DNA of 64,000 nt, from the NCBI GenBank assembly GCA_002269645.1, contig NIVC01000362.1, positions 372,001-436,000 of the forward strand. The letters are read 5' to 3'. The position numbers were made by a program, and so were the translations under genes. Below, in pieces: positions 11,391-24,929 of this stretch (positions are counted from its first letter, which is position 1; each line of letters opens with the position of its first letter). The notes beneath the pieces are model-generated. The model saw only the letters and a program-made list of their open reading frames with translations, did no database searches and had not been told where the DNA came from. Source of the DNA: Macrostomum lignano. Lineage: Eukaryota.

Positions 11391-12084
11391 TGATTTGACA
11401 TGAAATAAGCCCACATACAGGTTCGATCTCTAAGAAGATGATTAAATGTTTACCTTCAAATTCCTAAGACAGAATTCCTACTATCTAATAAAAAGGCAGG
11501 ACGCCCCCATCATAAGTGACTTATTAAGCGCAAAAAACGGACAAGTCAGCAGCCAGGATGAGGAGACGCGGTACTGGCAATCGATTCTGAGTATATAGCA
11601 GGGGATTTCTTATTGGGGACAAAAATTTCCCTCTCATACGAGTAGAAATCCAGTTTCACGCGTTAATAGCTATCCCGCCCTATACAGTCAGAGGATGCAG
11701 TGTTGGATTTCAATCCAACAAGGTTCTGACAGGGGGATTTTCGAGAGGAAATTGAAAACCGGCCGCTCCTTAATGAGAGGCGGTGTTAAATAACCTGGGG
11801 TTGGAGACTGGAATACTAATGCTGGCAAAACTTCCAGAGAAAACAGAAAAAAAAATTGTTTAAACACCCAACAGACGCGGTTAAAAGTGAGAAGAACTTT
11901 TGAGAATTCGATTTGGTATCGAGTATCGATTGTTTTAAAGGGGCATGGGCAAATGCTTTGTGCGATTTGGTTTTGGACTTTGGATGAAGGACTGCTGTAC
12001 TCTTTTAGTTTTAGAGCCACTGAAAACCGAATTGGCGCCTCTTAATGATCTAAGTGCATTCTTGACACCTGCCGTGATGATTAG

Positions 12085-12380
12085 CATACTCCTGACACCC
12101 TCCTGAAATCCGGATTGACATCATCCTGACACCCTCCTGACACTCGGATTGACATCATCCTGACATCATCCTGACACCCGGATGGACATCATCCTGACAC
12201 CCTCCTGACACCCGGATGGACATCATCCTGACACCCTCCTGACACGGACATCATCCTGACACTCCGACGGACATCATCCTGACACCCGGATGGACATCAT
12301 CCTGACACCCTCCTGACATCAAGATGGACATCCTGACACCCTCCTGACACAGGCCTTACGCGGGAATTGACATCCTCCTG
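12085..12380. repeat. Composite CCTGACA-based minisatellite
   Basis: Tandem variants of GACATCATCCTGACACCCTCCTGACACCCGGAT. Confidence 0.85.
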
Positions 12381-13854
12381 GCACCAAAATACTGCCCCTG
12401 AATCCCACATTGCCATTTTACCCTCCCCCCCCCAAACCAACGCCACTGCCCCAGCCAAAAATGGCGCACAAAGCAAACCTGGATTGAATTTCAAAATAAA
12501 AATGTTTCAAAAACCGAAACGAGGACGGCAGCGGGGAACTAACTTGAGAATTTCTGGGAAAGAGAAAAAGCAGACGAGAAGCAATAGACAGATTGGGACA
12601 CAGGGGTGAAAGGTGGGGAGGTTAACCAAATTAGGAGATTTTTCTGGAACGCGAAGGATAGAGGGGGATCAGGATTTACGAGTGGGTGGGAGAGACGAGA
12701 GAAGAGAGTGTGTCACGCGTCCACAAGCCTGGCCATCAATGCCCGGCCATGATTGACATTAAACCCGTTTTATTTGGCGCATCATCACAAAATTATCAAT
12801 GAGGATGGAGAGAAATACAAAGGAAAATTTTAAAGCTTACAAGTAATTAATTAATAAAATGTGGGGCCCATAAATTGAATCAGACGATTAACTACAGGAG
12901 GCGAACTAAAAACGCTTTAGTTGGGCCGAAATTAATTTTCGAAATTGCCCCATCCCTCCCCCCACGGCTATTTGATCAGGTAGATGCATTTATTACAGTT
13001 ATAAACTATGACTAAAGAGGATTACAACTTTGCTAGGGATTATGGGGAAAGAGAATAACAATAAAGGTAGTTAGTCTAGAATTTTTATAGACGGTTACTA
13101 GCTAATACAGCTACTAAAATAATGAAGTCTGAATACATACGAATACATGTGTGTATAGTTTGTTCATCGCAGTATTTATTTTATTAAACGAAATTACATA
13201 TACAACGATAAATAAGCATTGTACGGCATTTATTATACTAGTAATAGTGCTCATACATACAATAACATTAATATTAATAAAGCGACGGAGAAAGAAGCAT
13301 TTAAATAAGATTATAACAACATCTAAAGCAAGATTAAATATGCTTCAGAAGTTACTTAATACCGTATTTACCAAATTGCGGTATAACAATAAAAACACAC
13401 AATGACAGATGTACAGTCGGCAATGAATAACATTAACAGACTGGGCAAATATTTCTACAGTCGAAATTAACTGTTTAAGGTTTAAAACATGCATCAGTTA
13501 TCCCAGCGACACATTTTTGTCCCAGTTTGCTTCGGGATAAGATCGCGATCTGATAAACTAGCTGATAATATAGTACAAATATTTAAATTTAAAGCAACCA
13601 AACGATTTGTTTTATTGATGACACCAAAATAAACAAATTTTGCTTTTCTTGGAGGAGACAGACACAAGACACAATGATCGAGAACAATTGGCGATTTAGA
13701 ATTTTCAAAAACAGCAGCAAAAATAGAAAATAAATAAATATGCAAAACATTTTTTCGAATATTTATTCAATTTTATACAGAATGCATAGCGGTTTGGTTA
13801 GAAAAATGGATAATTTACACGCACTGAGATATCCTACACTACTTCGAATAAACA

Positions 13855-14200
13855 GGATCTGGGAAGCTGGTAGCCTCATTATGGGGATCTGGAAGGCTGG
13901 AAGCTTCATCATGGGGATCTGGAAGGCTGGAAGCTTCATCATGGGAATCTGGCAGGTGGTAGCTTCATCATGGGATCTGGGAGGCTGGTACCTTCACCAT
14001 GGGGATCTAGGAGGCTGGCAGCTTCAGCATGGGGAACTGGGAAGAGGGCACTTTATCATGGAGATCTGGGAGACTGTAGGCTTCATCATGGGGATCTGGG
14101 AGGCTGGTAGCTTCATCATAGGGATCTGGGAGGCTCGTAGCTTCTCCCGGGATTCTGAGAAGAGGGTTAGCTTTATAATGGGGATCTGGGAGGCTAGTAA
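13855..14200. repeat. ~30-bp degenerate minisatellite (GGGATCTGGGAGGCTGGTAGCTTCATCATG)
   Basis: About 11 degenerate copies just 3' of the RBBP6 stop codon. Confidence 0.85.
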
Positions 14201-14253
14201 CTTTACTATTCGATCAAACTAAAACACTTAAAAAAAGAGAGAAACCGAAAGTC

Positions 14254-17200
14254 TTAATCCCGCTTCGAAGAGCTTTTCTTTTTCTCCTTTTTACTTTTCT
14301 TTTTCTTCTGCTGATGCTTCCGTTTTTGATCATCTTTGCTCTTCTTACGCGGCGCGACATCCTCATCCGAGCCGGAGGCGGCCTTGCCGGCCCGGCGGTC
14401 GTTTTTGTCCGGCGTTGCCGAGGGGCTTCGGCGATCGGATTTCGATTTGTGTTTCCGCCTGCGGTCGCGTGGAATGAAGAATTTTGGGCGATAGTGAAAT
14501 ATGCGCTGGTTAAATACGAGTAGGCTTTATGACGTGGATCTGCCGTTTCTTAGAATTTACTTGACATTTCTTAGAACTGAATAATGTCCTAGCATTGAAC
14601 TTCAGAGAATTGAATCTCACTTTTTAAAAATAAAACCAGAATTTTTATTATCGAGTAGAGCCACAATTTCTAAGAATCAAAATTCGATTTCTTAGAATCG
14701 AAGTGCAATTTCTTAGAATCGAAGTGCCATTTCTTATAATCGAAGTGCAATTTCTTAGAAATCGAACTTGAATTTCTTAAAATCTAACCAAAATTTCTAA
14801 GAATCAAAACGCGATTCTTTAAAATCGAACTACAATTTCGACAGTTTTTAGCTTGGGGTTGCGATAGGGGCCTCGCGGCCTAATCGCGGCGTTCTGCTCC
14901 CCCCCCCGTCGGTAGTAAGCAAGTAAGTACAGTTTCTAATAAAAAACGCAGTTTCTTAGAATCGAGCCACAATTTCTAGGAAACAAATCGCGATTTTTTA
15001 GAATCCAACTTCCATTTCTTAGAATCGAACTTAAGCTCGTGGAATCTGAGACAACTTGCAAAATTATAATTGCCGCATTTGGATAATTAATCAGACTACA
15101 GTTTAAACAGAAATTATACTAGAATAAAAGCACCGGCGACAGCCAGCCGACTCACTTTCTCGGCGTCGTCTCTGGCTCGCTGGCAGACCGACTGCGGTCA
15201 TCTCGAACGTCGCTGTCGCCGCCTGCCTCGTTGCTGCCGTCGTCCGACTCGCGTCGCCGACGATGCCGCCGTTTCTTTTTATTAGCGACCGGCTTGGCAG
15301 GTTTGGCCGGCTTATTGCTAGAAGAAGCCGATTTCTTGGCCTTCTGCTTCGACTGTGTTTCGCTAGTTGTCGCCGCAGTGACTGGTTTGCTGCTATCAGC
15401 TGTCTGCTTTCGGGAGCTGCTGCGAGTGACGAAATATTTACTTGACCTTATTTTTACTAGTAGCAATATGTGAGATGTGGCGCCTGACTATAGAGATGTG
15501 GCGCTTGGCTATAGAGATGTGGCGCCTGACTATAGATATTTGGCGCCTGACTATAAAGATGTGGCGCCTGACTATAGAGATGTGACGCCTGACTGAGATA
15601 TGGCGCCTAACTATAGAGAGATGTGGCGCCTGACTATAGAGATGTGGCGCTTGGCTATAGAGATGTGGCGCCTGACTATAGATATTTGGCGCCTGACTAT
15701 AAAGATGTGGCGCCTGACTATAGAGATGTGACGCCTGACTGAGATATGGCGCCTAACTATAGAGAGATGTGGCGCCTGACTATAGAGATGTGGCGCTTGG
15801 CTATAGAGATGTGACGCCTGACTATAAAGATGTGGCGCCTGACTATAAAGATGTGGCGCCTGACTATAGAGATGTGGCGCCTGACTGAGATTTGGCGCCT
15901 AACTATAGAGAGATGTGGCGCCTGACTATAGAGATGTGGCGCTTGGATATAGAGATGTGGCGCCTGACTATAGAGATTTGGCGCCTGACTGAGATATGGC
16001 GCCTAACTATAGAGAGATGTGGCGCCTGTTTATAGAGATGTGGCGCCTGACTATAGAGATGTGGCGCCTGACTATAAAGATGTGGCGCCTGACTATAGAG
16101 ATGTGGCGCCTGACTGAGATATGGCGCCTGACTATAGAGAGATGTGGCGCCTGACTATAGAGATGTGGCGCCTGACTATAGAGATATGGCGCCTGACTTT
16201 AGAGATTTGGCGCCTAAACTGACTATAGAGATGTGGCGCCTGGCTTTAAAGATAAGGCGTCTGACTGAGATGGCGCCTGACTATATAGAGATGCGGCGCC
16301 TGACTATAGATGTGGCGCCTGACTGTAGAGATGCGGCGCCTGACTATAGAGGCATGGAGCTTTAACAGACTAGAGGAGAGCTGGTGCCTTAAAAAGTGTC
16401 ATATGCGCCAATGCGATGCTACAAAATTGAAACAGTATTTTGACTATTCAATCAAAACGATAGTAGATATTGGAGTACTGCAGACAGAAAACAATATAGT
16501 TTGCGCAAATTACAAAGCTATTAATAATACGAAGAAGCAATTTCTTTAATTTGATTTTTTATGAAAATTGAAACTGCATTAAATTTGGCCCTGGCTCATA
16601 TTGCTTCTCTAGAAACGCTTTCTATGCTTAAACAAACACAGATTTTCAGCTTGGCAACGATAGCTTTTTGAATTGAATGGAATTGCTTATAATCGATGAG
16701 TCATTGTGCTATTGATAATAACCATTCTAGGAAGTAAGTCATTGTGCTATTGATAATAACCATTCTAGGAAGTAAGTCATTGTGCTATTGATAATAACCA
16801 TTCTAGGAAGTAAGTCATTGTGCTATTGATAATAACCATTCTAGGAAGTAAGTCATTGTGCTATTGATAACCATTCTGAGGAAATTGGTCATTGTGCTAT
16901 AATAACCATTCTGAGGAAATTGGTCATTGTGCTATTGATAATAACCATTCTGAGGAAGTAAGTCATTGTGCTATAATAACCATTCTGAGGAAATTGGTCA
17001 TTGTGCTATATAACCATTCTAGATGGGTCATTGCGATAATCAAATCATTCTAAGAAATAGGCGATTGTGTTAATGATCGTTATAGGAAACGGCCAATTAA
17101 ACGTTCCTATTACTGAGCATACTAGAAATGCGTCATTGTATCAATTTACTCAGGGAACACTCAGTCATGCACTCCGCCCATCCCCTCATTGCTCACCTAA

Positions 17201-19696
17201 CGGCGGCTTCTTCAACTGGCGGCGGGCTTGCTTTCAAGTGGCTTTCAATCATTTTGGCAATGACCGGATTGTGATCCGCTGCCAGGATGCTGCTCCCTTT
17301 GCCATCACCGGCTGTCTGACTGCTGCGACTACCGCTGCTACTTCGACTGTCGCCGCTCTGACTGCGACGCTTTCCATAATCTCTATCCCGATGCTTATCA
17401 GATCGACGCTGCTGCCGTTTATCGCTTGTAGACGCATGCTGCTGCTGTTGTTGCTGACGCGATTTCTTTTTCTGTTGCTGCTTTTTTCGACGAGAGTTGC
17501 GCTCAGAAGATGAGACAGACGAACCGCTGGCGGCTGAGTCGCGGCTCTGACTCCGACTGCGATCTTTTTGGCCCCGGCCAGCGACGCCTACGGCTGCCGA
17601 GTCGCCGCCAGATTTCTTCATAAATTCTTTCATGAAGCCTTCGAAAGCGCGACGATATTCTTGCATATTCAAGGGACCGGCGGCGGAGCTGGACAAACTC
17701 AAGCCAGCAGCGTCGCCTCCGCCAGGACTGCCGGATCGGCTTCGACTTCTGCCGCCGCCGCCGCCGCCGCGTCGGTTTTTGTGACGCCGCGAGGCAGCCG
17801 ATGGAGGCGAACGCGAACGGGACGCGGACGCTTCTGAGCGGCTGCCGCTGCGGCTGCGGTTTTTGAGTCGCCGATTGCTCGGACGCGGGGGCGAACGGCG
17901 GCGAGGCGCCCTTCGAGTGCTGCCGCTGCGGCTCCGGTGACGGTGTCGGCTGCGGCTTCGACTAACACTTCGGCTGCGACTGCGGCTGCCGGAGCGTCGT
18001 CGCTGTCGATGACGCGATCCGGAAGTGGCAGCGCCAGTCGTCGAAACTGACGGAGATTTTCGTCGGTTATGCCGCCTAGAGGACGGACTCTGACTAGAGG
18101 AGCCAGACTTCTGCTGCTTCTGCGGCGGCGGAGCTGGCCGTCTCTTGCCCAAGATAAAGTCTAAACAGGCGTCTTCCTTCCGACGCTTCTCAGCCGCCAT
18201 AAGGCGCAGCTTAATCCGGTTAAATTCTTCTTCGCTCATCGGCGCAACGCCGGTCGGTCGAATTGGAAGGAGACCCGCCGCGGCTCCTGGTGCTGCTGCG
18301 GCTGCTACGCCAGCGGCTGCAGTTGGCAAAGCCCCGGAAGACTGCCGCCCGGCAGCGTCAAGACCGACAATAGCAGGAGCGGCGGCTACGGGCAAAGTAG
18401 GAGCTACAGTAGCCGTGGGAGCCGGAGCTGCTGCAGCAACTGTGGAAGAAACAATTGCATGATGCTGCGAATGTTGAATAGGAACAAGCGGATTAGGAGC
18501 GCCAGGATGCTGCTGAGCAAAATACTGCTGCTGCGCTCCACCAGCCTGCATATGCACCTGATGAAGCGCATGATGCTGCTGATAACCCGGCTGCCCCATT
18601 GGACCTTGAGTCAGCGTCACAGCAGGATGATGCTGAAGATGAGGTCCATGCGGCAAAATCGGCGGAACTATCGAACTTTGTGGCAGCTGGTGTTGCTGGT
18701 GCTGAGATACTGCTGGCTGCATCATCTGAGGTATCCCCTGATGACCCATGTGCTGCTGATGAAAGTGCGCCTGCACCGGCTGAAGGGTGCCAGCATCTGG
18801 CCTAGTAGCATCGTATCGCTGCTGCATAAAGGGCTGACTGTGATGCTGTGCCTGCTGATAATAGGCTTGATTATGCTGCGGGTATGCCTGCTGTTGGGAC
18901 TGGCTGTAGTGGCCAGGCCTTTGATGCTGCTGCGCATTATAACCAGGCGCGTGGTGCTGGTGTTGCTGCTGCTGCTGCTGTTGGGACGGATTTCCCTGGA
19001 GCGAAGTGGAAGACGAAGTGCGCTGCATTTGCGCACTGTCGCTGCTGGTAGCGCCTGCCTGAGACGCCTGCGGCTGCTGTGCGTACTTCTGATTCATCGT
19101 GACCTGCTGCTGGTGCATCATACTAAGAGCAGTGTCGCTCTCGGAAGATCGTTTTAACCTACTGCCGCCACTGCTGCTACTAGGCCCACCAGTTAGTTCT
19201 GGCAACGGCACCAAGCTATAATCCTCTTCCTCATCCTTGTTAAGGCCTATCTCTTCATCCAGTTCGTCGAGCTCAGCTTCGTCTAGTGCGCTACCGTGTC
19301 GATCAAGATTCAAATGAACGATGACGGACGCTTCGGACTCGTCAGAGTCTGAATCAGCGGCCTCTGGGGACTTGGCCATTTCGTCAACTGCAACGACGCT
19401 AACACCGCCGCCGTTGCCGCTTTTGGTGTCCGCAGATGCGGATGAAGCAGATGAAGCAGCGGCAACGGCGGAAGACGGGCCTGATAAAGCTACAGGTGCT
19501 GAAGCTGTAGTGGTCAGCTTCGGCGCAGATGCAGCAGGATTCTGACGCCTAACTAGCGGAGGCTGTGGCTGCTGCTGCTGCTGCGGTCTTTGTTGCGTCT
19601 GAAAGTGCTGCTGCTTTATTTGTTGTTGTTGCTGTTGTTGGTGCTGTTGCTGCTGTTGTTGTTGTTGCTGTTGTTGGTGCTGTTGTTGTTGTTGCT

Positions 19697-19728
<32 letters not shown>

Positions 19729-22700
19729 TGAACAACAGCCGCTCTTTGAGCAGCCTGCTCTAATTGTATCTGTTCAATTTTGTGCTCACGCTGTTTCATA
19801 AAGAAAGCGGTGACCCGGTTTCTGGTGGCAATATTGCACACTAGCATGTCCGTATCGTCAACGGACTCGCCGCAATTCGGACAGCTGTGAAGGGTGGCAC
19901 TGTCAGACTCAGTGTCGAATAGTCTGTTAATAATGCAGTCGTTGCAATAGGTAGAGCCGCAGCATTTAATAATAACAGCGTCTTTAAATACGTCTTGGCA
20001 CAGCGGACACTTCAAATCGTCCGGTATGTCCAACTGTTCCATGGAGTCAACAAGAGTTGACGGATTCTCCTCTTCGCTGAATGGTTTTTTCTCTTTCTTG
20101 CCTAACAGTTTCGCTTCCAGATCCATCTTCGGTATGGCATACTTGCCGTCCTTGGTCATTAGAGCTCCTGGGACAGGATTGTCCACGTACAGCAGGGAGT
20201 CCTTCGGCAGGCCAGTTGTTAGCTTCATTCGCAGCTTTTTATTGTCAATCACCCGGCCGTCGGCGCCTCGGGCACCCTGACAGTCGTAGATCCAGTGGCC
20301 CTTCTGGCCGCAGCGGTGGCACTGGTAGCCCGGCGGCGGATTTCCCGTAGGCCGCTTGCGCACGCTGTAGCTGTAAGTGAATGCGGTGCGGGAGGGGGAT
20401 GCAAATACAGCATTAAAATTTTGGTTCTGGGGAACTAAATTCAAGATGGGGTGCGCAGCGCTTGTGTGTGCTCAGGATTCTGTGGAATGGGTAGAATTGC
20501 CTCGGCGCTGGTGTCGTGGGACGATGTCGTTATTATGAACTGGAGATGTGCGCTGCGAACTGTGAGGATTTAAGACGGGGATTATCCAGATTTCCCGATA
20601 TGAGGATTAAGCAAAGTTGAGGCTCCGTGATATGAGAATGACTTCTCTGAGACCAGCACGAGCATGCACAGGCCGAATGGATACTGTCATGGTCATATTT
20701 AAGCAGTTTACACACGCGCACACACTCTGTGCCGTAGTGGGCTGCCATCTTACGGATGGAAGTTTGCAAGGGTCAAAATTTTCAAGATATTCGATAGCTA
20801 AACTTAATGCATTATCTAGATGCCTAGCACAATATTTGATCAATAAGAGCATTTGTTAATTACCGGAGAAAATGAGTTCAATTATGGATACAGAAGAAAC
20901 GATACGTGTGCTTTATCGGATTGACAACGACAATCCAAACGAAAGTTTATCATATCGATCGACAACATTTTTTTGTCTTTTTAAGCGAAGTAGCTAAAAG
21001 CTTCAAGGTTTTCAAATAATTTGCTACAACTATCGAAAAAATTAGATCCAAAATATTCCGCTAAATTATTGATCAAATTTCAGCACGCGAATACTGGGAG
21101 CCAGCTATAAGAGTTCATTTAAAGTACATGGTGCCCATTTAGATTAAGTGATGAATAACGCCTACTTACTTTACGTGTGCATATTTTTGAGTGGAATATT
21201 CAACCATCTTTTTAATTTTCTCATCCTCGCTCATGTCGGTCCGCTTCGACAAGTCGATCATGCTGGCCGTGGTGGCTGGCGGCTGCCGCTCCTTCGGTTC
21301 CTCCCGCGGTTGCTACAATTCAATTATAAAAATAAGAATTAGCAAAAAATAGTTACTAATAAATAATTTAAAAAGGCCAAAAACTCAGTAAGAAACTTTT
21401 GCAGCATGTAGGCAACCTTTTGGTGGATTTAGCCGGTGTTGACATCGACGATTCAAGTTATTCCAATCGTTTAATTGCGAAATAAGTCATATTTTTAATC
21501 GTTGATAAATGCCTTAATTACAATATGTTATGTAACTGCAAGAGCCTGAGAAGTGTTCTTCAGACAATGTTCCACATAACTCCCATAAAACTTGGCGGAG
21601 TTCATCATTTAGTATATTGTATTAATAGCCGAATGGAGTATGGAATGATTAACTGCTCATCGGGCAATGTGCATTGTAATACTTCCTTGCTGCAAAACTA
21701 GGAGATTACAACATGTCCTTTATTCTCAACCATTTAAGTATATTTGGTGAGGTAAATTTAACTGAAAAAGTACATCATAAAACACTCATAAACGCCATAA
21801 TATTTTATAGAAAAATAGTTGAAAATGATATTATAAAGATAAAATGCAGCTCTTAACACAATACTTTGAATGCAGCAGACAAGCTTATTTACGCAGATAT
21901 GAAAATGCAATATTTATTTTGTCAATAGCACTTTGAATGTATGCACAATGGATAAAAGCAGCTTTTTCATAGTTCTGAATTTGGCCACCTAAGTCTGAGG
22001 AATGATATACACTTGCAGAGACACGCAAACTGCAATGGAATGCGATGCAATCATAAAAGTACAAATTTGAATTATTAAACTAAACTAAAGATGGTCCACG
22101 AAACGAAAGGGTGACGGAACACGTGTGGATTTTTCTTTAATTATCGTTCTCTCCACCACAGAATGCATAAAGATGCGCATTTATATGAGCACAGACATGC
22201 ATTATTTAAGCGCAAGATGTGCCAAGCATAGCAATAGCATTATCGGGTCTGACTATAACTGTAATATAGTACATTTGAAGAAATATTTATGCAAAAAATA
22301 TGAGCTCGCATATTTTGCAATAGCAAAAAAGGACACATTGTTAGTTACGAAGACAGACAGACAGATCAGACAAAGAGATTATTTTAGAAAATATCAATCA
22401 AAAGAGGCATAAAAGCCGGTATGTCACGACAAGTTAATCGTTTGTTTGACAAATTTGGCAAATTGCTTGTAAAAGACGTACTGCTGAAAGCTTAACCCGA
22501 AAATGATTTCTCTCTTTTTTAAATATCTCTCATTTCAATTGTCTCATCAGTCATCATCTTCTTTACCTTTAGAGAGCTACAATAAATCAGCTTTAAAAAA
22601 CCGTCGCACGAACCAATTCGCTACTTACATAAATGTTTGGCTTCGGAAAGTTGGAACTGAAATTGAATAATTGGGTAATTAATATTTATGAGGCACTCAT

Positions 22701-24929
22701 AACAACTATTGATACGTTTTGTGATATGTAGAAATATTTTATACACTTCCGCTCGGCATAGGGGCCATTTCAGGAGCTGGTTGAAGGGGGGTATCAGAGC
22801 TGGTTTGGGGGATTATCAGAGCTGGTTGGGGGGATTATCAGAGCTGGTTGGGGGGTTATCAGAGCAGGTTTCGGGGGGGGGGTTATCAGAGCTGGTTTCG
22901 GAGGGGGGGGGTTATCAGAGCTGGTTTCGGAGGGGGGGGGGGTTATCAGAGCTGGTTTCGGAGGGGGGGGGGTTATCAGAGCTGGTTTCGGAGGGGGGGG
23001 GTTATCAGAGCTGGTTTCGGGGGGGGGGGGTTATTAGAGCAGGTTTCGGGGGGGTTATCAGAGCTAGTTGGGGCGATTATCAGAGCTGGTTAGGGGGGAT
23101 TATCATGCAGAGCTGGCTGGGGGGGATTATCAGAGCTGGTTGGGGGGGATTATCAGAGCTGGCTGGGGGGATTATCAGAGCTGGTTGGGGGGGATTATCA
23201 GAGCTGGTTGGGGGGATTATCAGAGCTGGTTGGGGGGATTATCAGAGCTGGTTGGGGGGGATTATCAGAGCTGGTTGGGGGGGATTATCAGAGCTGGTTG
23301 GGGGGGATTATCAGAGCTGGCTGGGGGGGATTATCAGAGCTGGTTGGGGGGGATTATCAGAGCTGGTTGGGGCGATTATCAAAGCTGGTTTGGGAGGGCG
23401 ATTATCAGAGCTGTTTGAGGCGATTATCAGAGCTGGTTAGGGGGGATTATCAGAGCTGGTTGGGGGGGGGGGATTATCAGAGCTGGTTTAGAAGAGATGT
23501 TTCATGGCTGAATAAGGGGCGACTCTCAAGCCAGTGTGATATTAAGGTGCAGTTCTTAACAAAAAAGACGATTTCTTTGCAAAGGAAAAAAATGCTTATA
23601 GATGTCAACAAGAGCATGGAGAATAAAAACTCACTCTTTTCCTGGCGGCCTACTCTTAGCAACTCGTTTCACAATAACAGAGGAATAGTTGTGCACCACT
23701 TGATTCTCGGACGCGAAGGCTGCAATAAAATTTGGGATTGGGACAGGTGAACTCAGGATCTAAATGATTCAAAGATCTGGGAATATAGGAGTTTATCCCA
23801 GCTTAGGAATCTGGAGATGTAATTTTCCTACTTGAATAGCGAATAGAACTCTCCAAGCGATGATTTTTTAATAAATAGCATTTCCATTTTCGAGTGGCGG
23901 AAGGTGATAAGGAAAAAGTCATAATTTACGACTGCTATATATTTTAAAATAATTTGAAGCTTTATTATCAATTTTACTGCCAAGTAAAACTAAAGGCTTT
24001 TATCAGCTATTTAGGTTTATTGGTAATAACTAATTAAAAGACCAATTTGACTAATGCCTCGAAGGCAGAATCTTAGATCTGGAATCCAAGAATAGGGATT
24101 ATCTCAATCTGAGGATCTGGGAATAATAATTATCTCAATATGAGGATCTGGGAATAGGGATTATCCCAATCTGAGGATCTGGGAATAGTAGGGATTATTT
24201 CAAACTGAGGATCTGGGAAGTAGGGATTATCTCAATCTGAGGATCTGGGAATAGTAGGGGTTATCCCAATTTGAGGATCTGGGAATAGGGATTATCTCAA
24301 TCTGAGGATCTGGGAATAGTAGAGATTATCCCAATCTGAGGATCTGGGAATAGTAGGGATTATCTCAATCTGAGGATCTGGGAATAGTAGGGATTATCCC
24401 AATCTGAGGATCTAAGAATAGTAGGGATTATCCCAATCTGAGGATCTGGGAATAGTAGGGATTATCCCAATCTGAGGATCTGGGAATAGTAGGGATTATC
24501 CCAATCTGAGGATCTGGGAATAGTAGGGATTATCCAATCTGAGGATCTGGGAATAGTAGGGATTATCCCAATCTGAGGATCTGGGAATAGTAGGGATTAT
24601 CCAATCTGAGGATCTAGGAATAGGGAATAATCATTATCTGAGGATTTGGGAATATGGATTATATCAATCTGAGGATCTGGAAATAGTTCTAATCTTTGAG
24701 ATGCGTTATCTCAATCTGGAGTAGATAGGCTTGAGACCAACAAGAGATTAAACAACTCACGCTTTCCAGTGCTAGAATCGTACAATTCCAAATCGCAGTC
24801 TTGCACTTTAAAGCCGCGCCGTTCGCGGATGACTTTGCGCAGATCGCGAACAGTCAGGCCGGAGCCGTCGAAGTGAATCTCCTCCATTTCTAAGTCGGAT
24901 TTCAACTTGAAGAATATGGTGGAAGCCAT
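14254..24929 (-). CDS. RBBP6: RBBP6/Mpe1-like E3 ligase, ~1349 aa; join(24929..24761, 23719..23635, 22576..22567, 21312..21170, 20370..17197, 15419..15156, 14458..14254)
   Basis: DWNN domain (MASTIFFKLKS...DLELYDSSTG; NYSSVIVKRV), MSEDEKIKKM, zinc knuckle CHRCGQKGHWIYDC, RING CPLCQDVFKDAVIIKCCGSTYCNDCI...CPNC, polyQ, RS-rich region and Lys-rich tail. All junctions are GT-AG and phases sum to 4050 nt. The 10-nt exon is inferred from phase. Confidence 0.9.
14660..15030. repeat. Degenerate ~21-bp repeat (TTTCTTAGAATCGAAGTGCAA) in RBBP6 intron 6
   Basis: Repeated TTCTTAGAATCG / TTCTAAGAATC units. Confidence 0.7.
15472..16350. repeat. 21-bp minisatellite (GAGATGTGGCGCCTGACTATA) in RBBP6 intron 5
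   Basis: About 40 copies with a visible higher-order block of variants. Confidence 0.95.
16700..17030. repeat. 38-bp minisatellite (GTCATTGTGCTATTGATAATAACCATTCTAGGAAGTAA) in RBBP6 intron 5
   Basis: About 9 tandem copies. Confidence 0.92.
22790..23490 (+). repeat. G-run minisatellite (GATTATCAGAGCTGGTTGn) in RBBP6 intron 2
   Basis: About 28 copies of ~22-28 bp, each with a G5-G12 run. Explains the GGIIRAG / GDYQSWL ORFs. Confidence 0.95.
24090..24700. repeat. 34-bp minisatellite (CTGAGGATCTGGGAATAGTAGGGATTATCCCAAT) in RBBP6 intron 1
   Basis: About 18 tandem copies. Confidence 0.95.

Noticed and set aside
20533-22500. Short ORFs and protein-like fragments in RBBP6 introns 3-4
   Set aside because: Interrupted and unrecognisable, and not needed for the RBBP6 frame. 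Possibly old transposon debris.
22709-23750. Gly-rich repeat ORFs on the + strand
   Set aside because: Translation of the G-run minisatellite in an RBBP6 intron.
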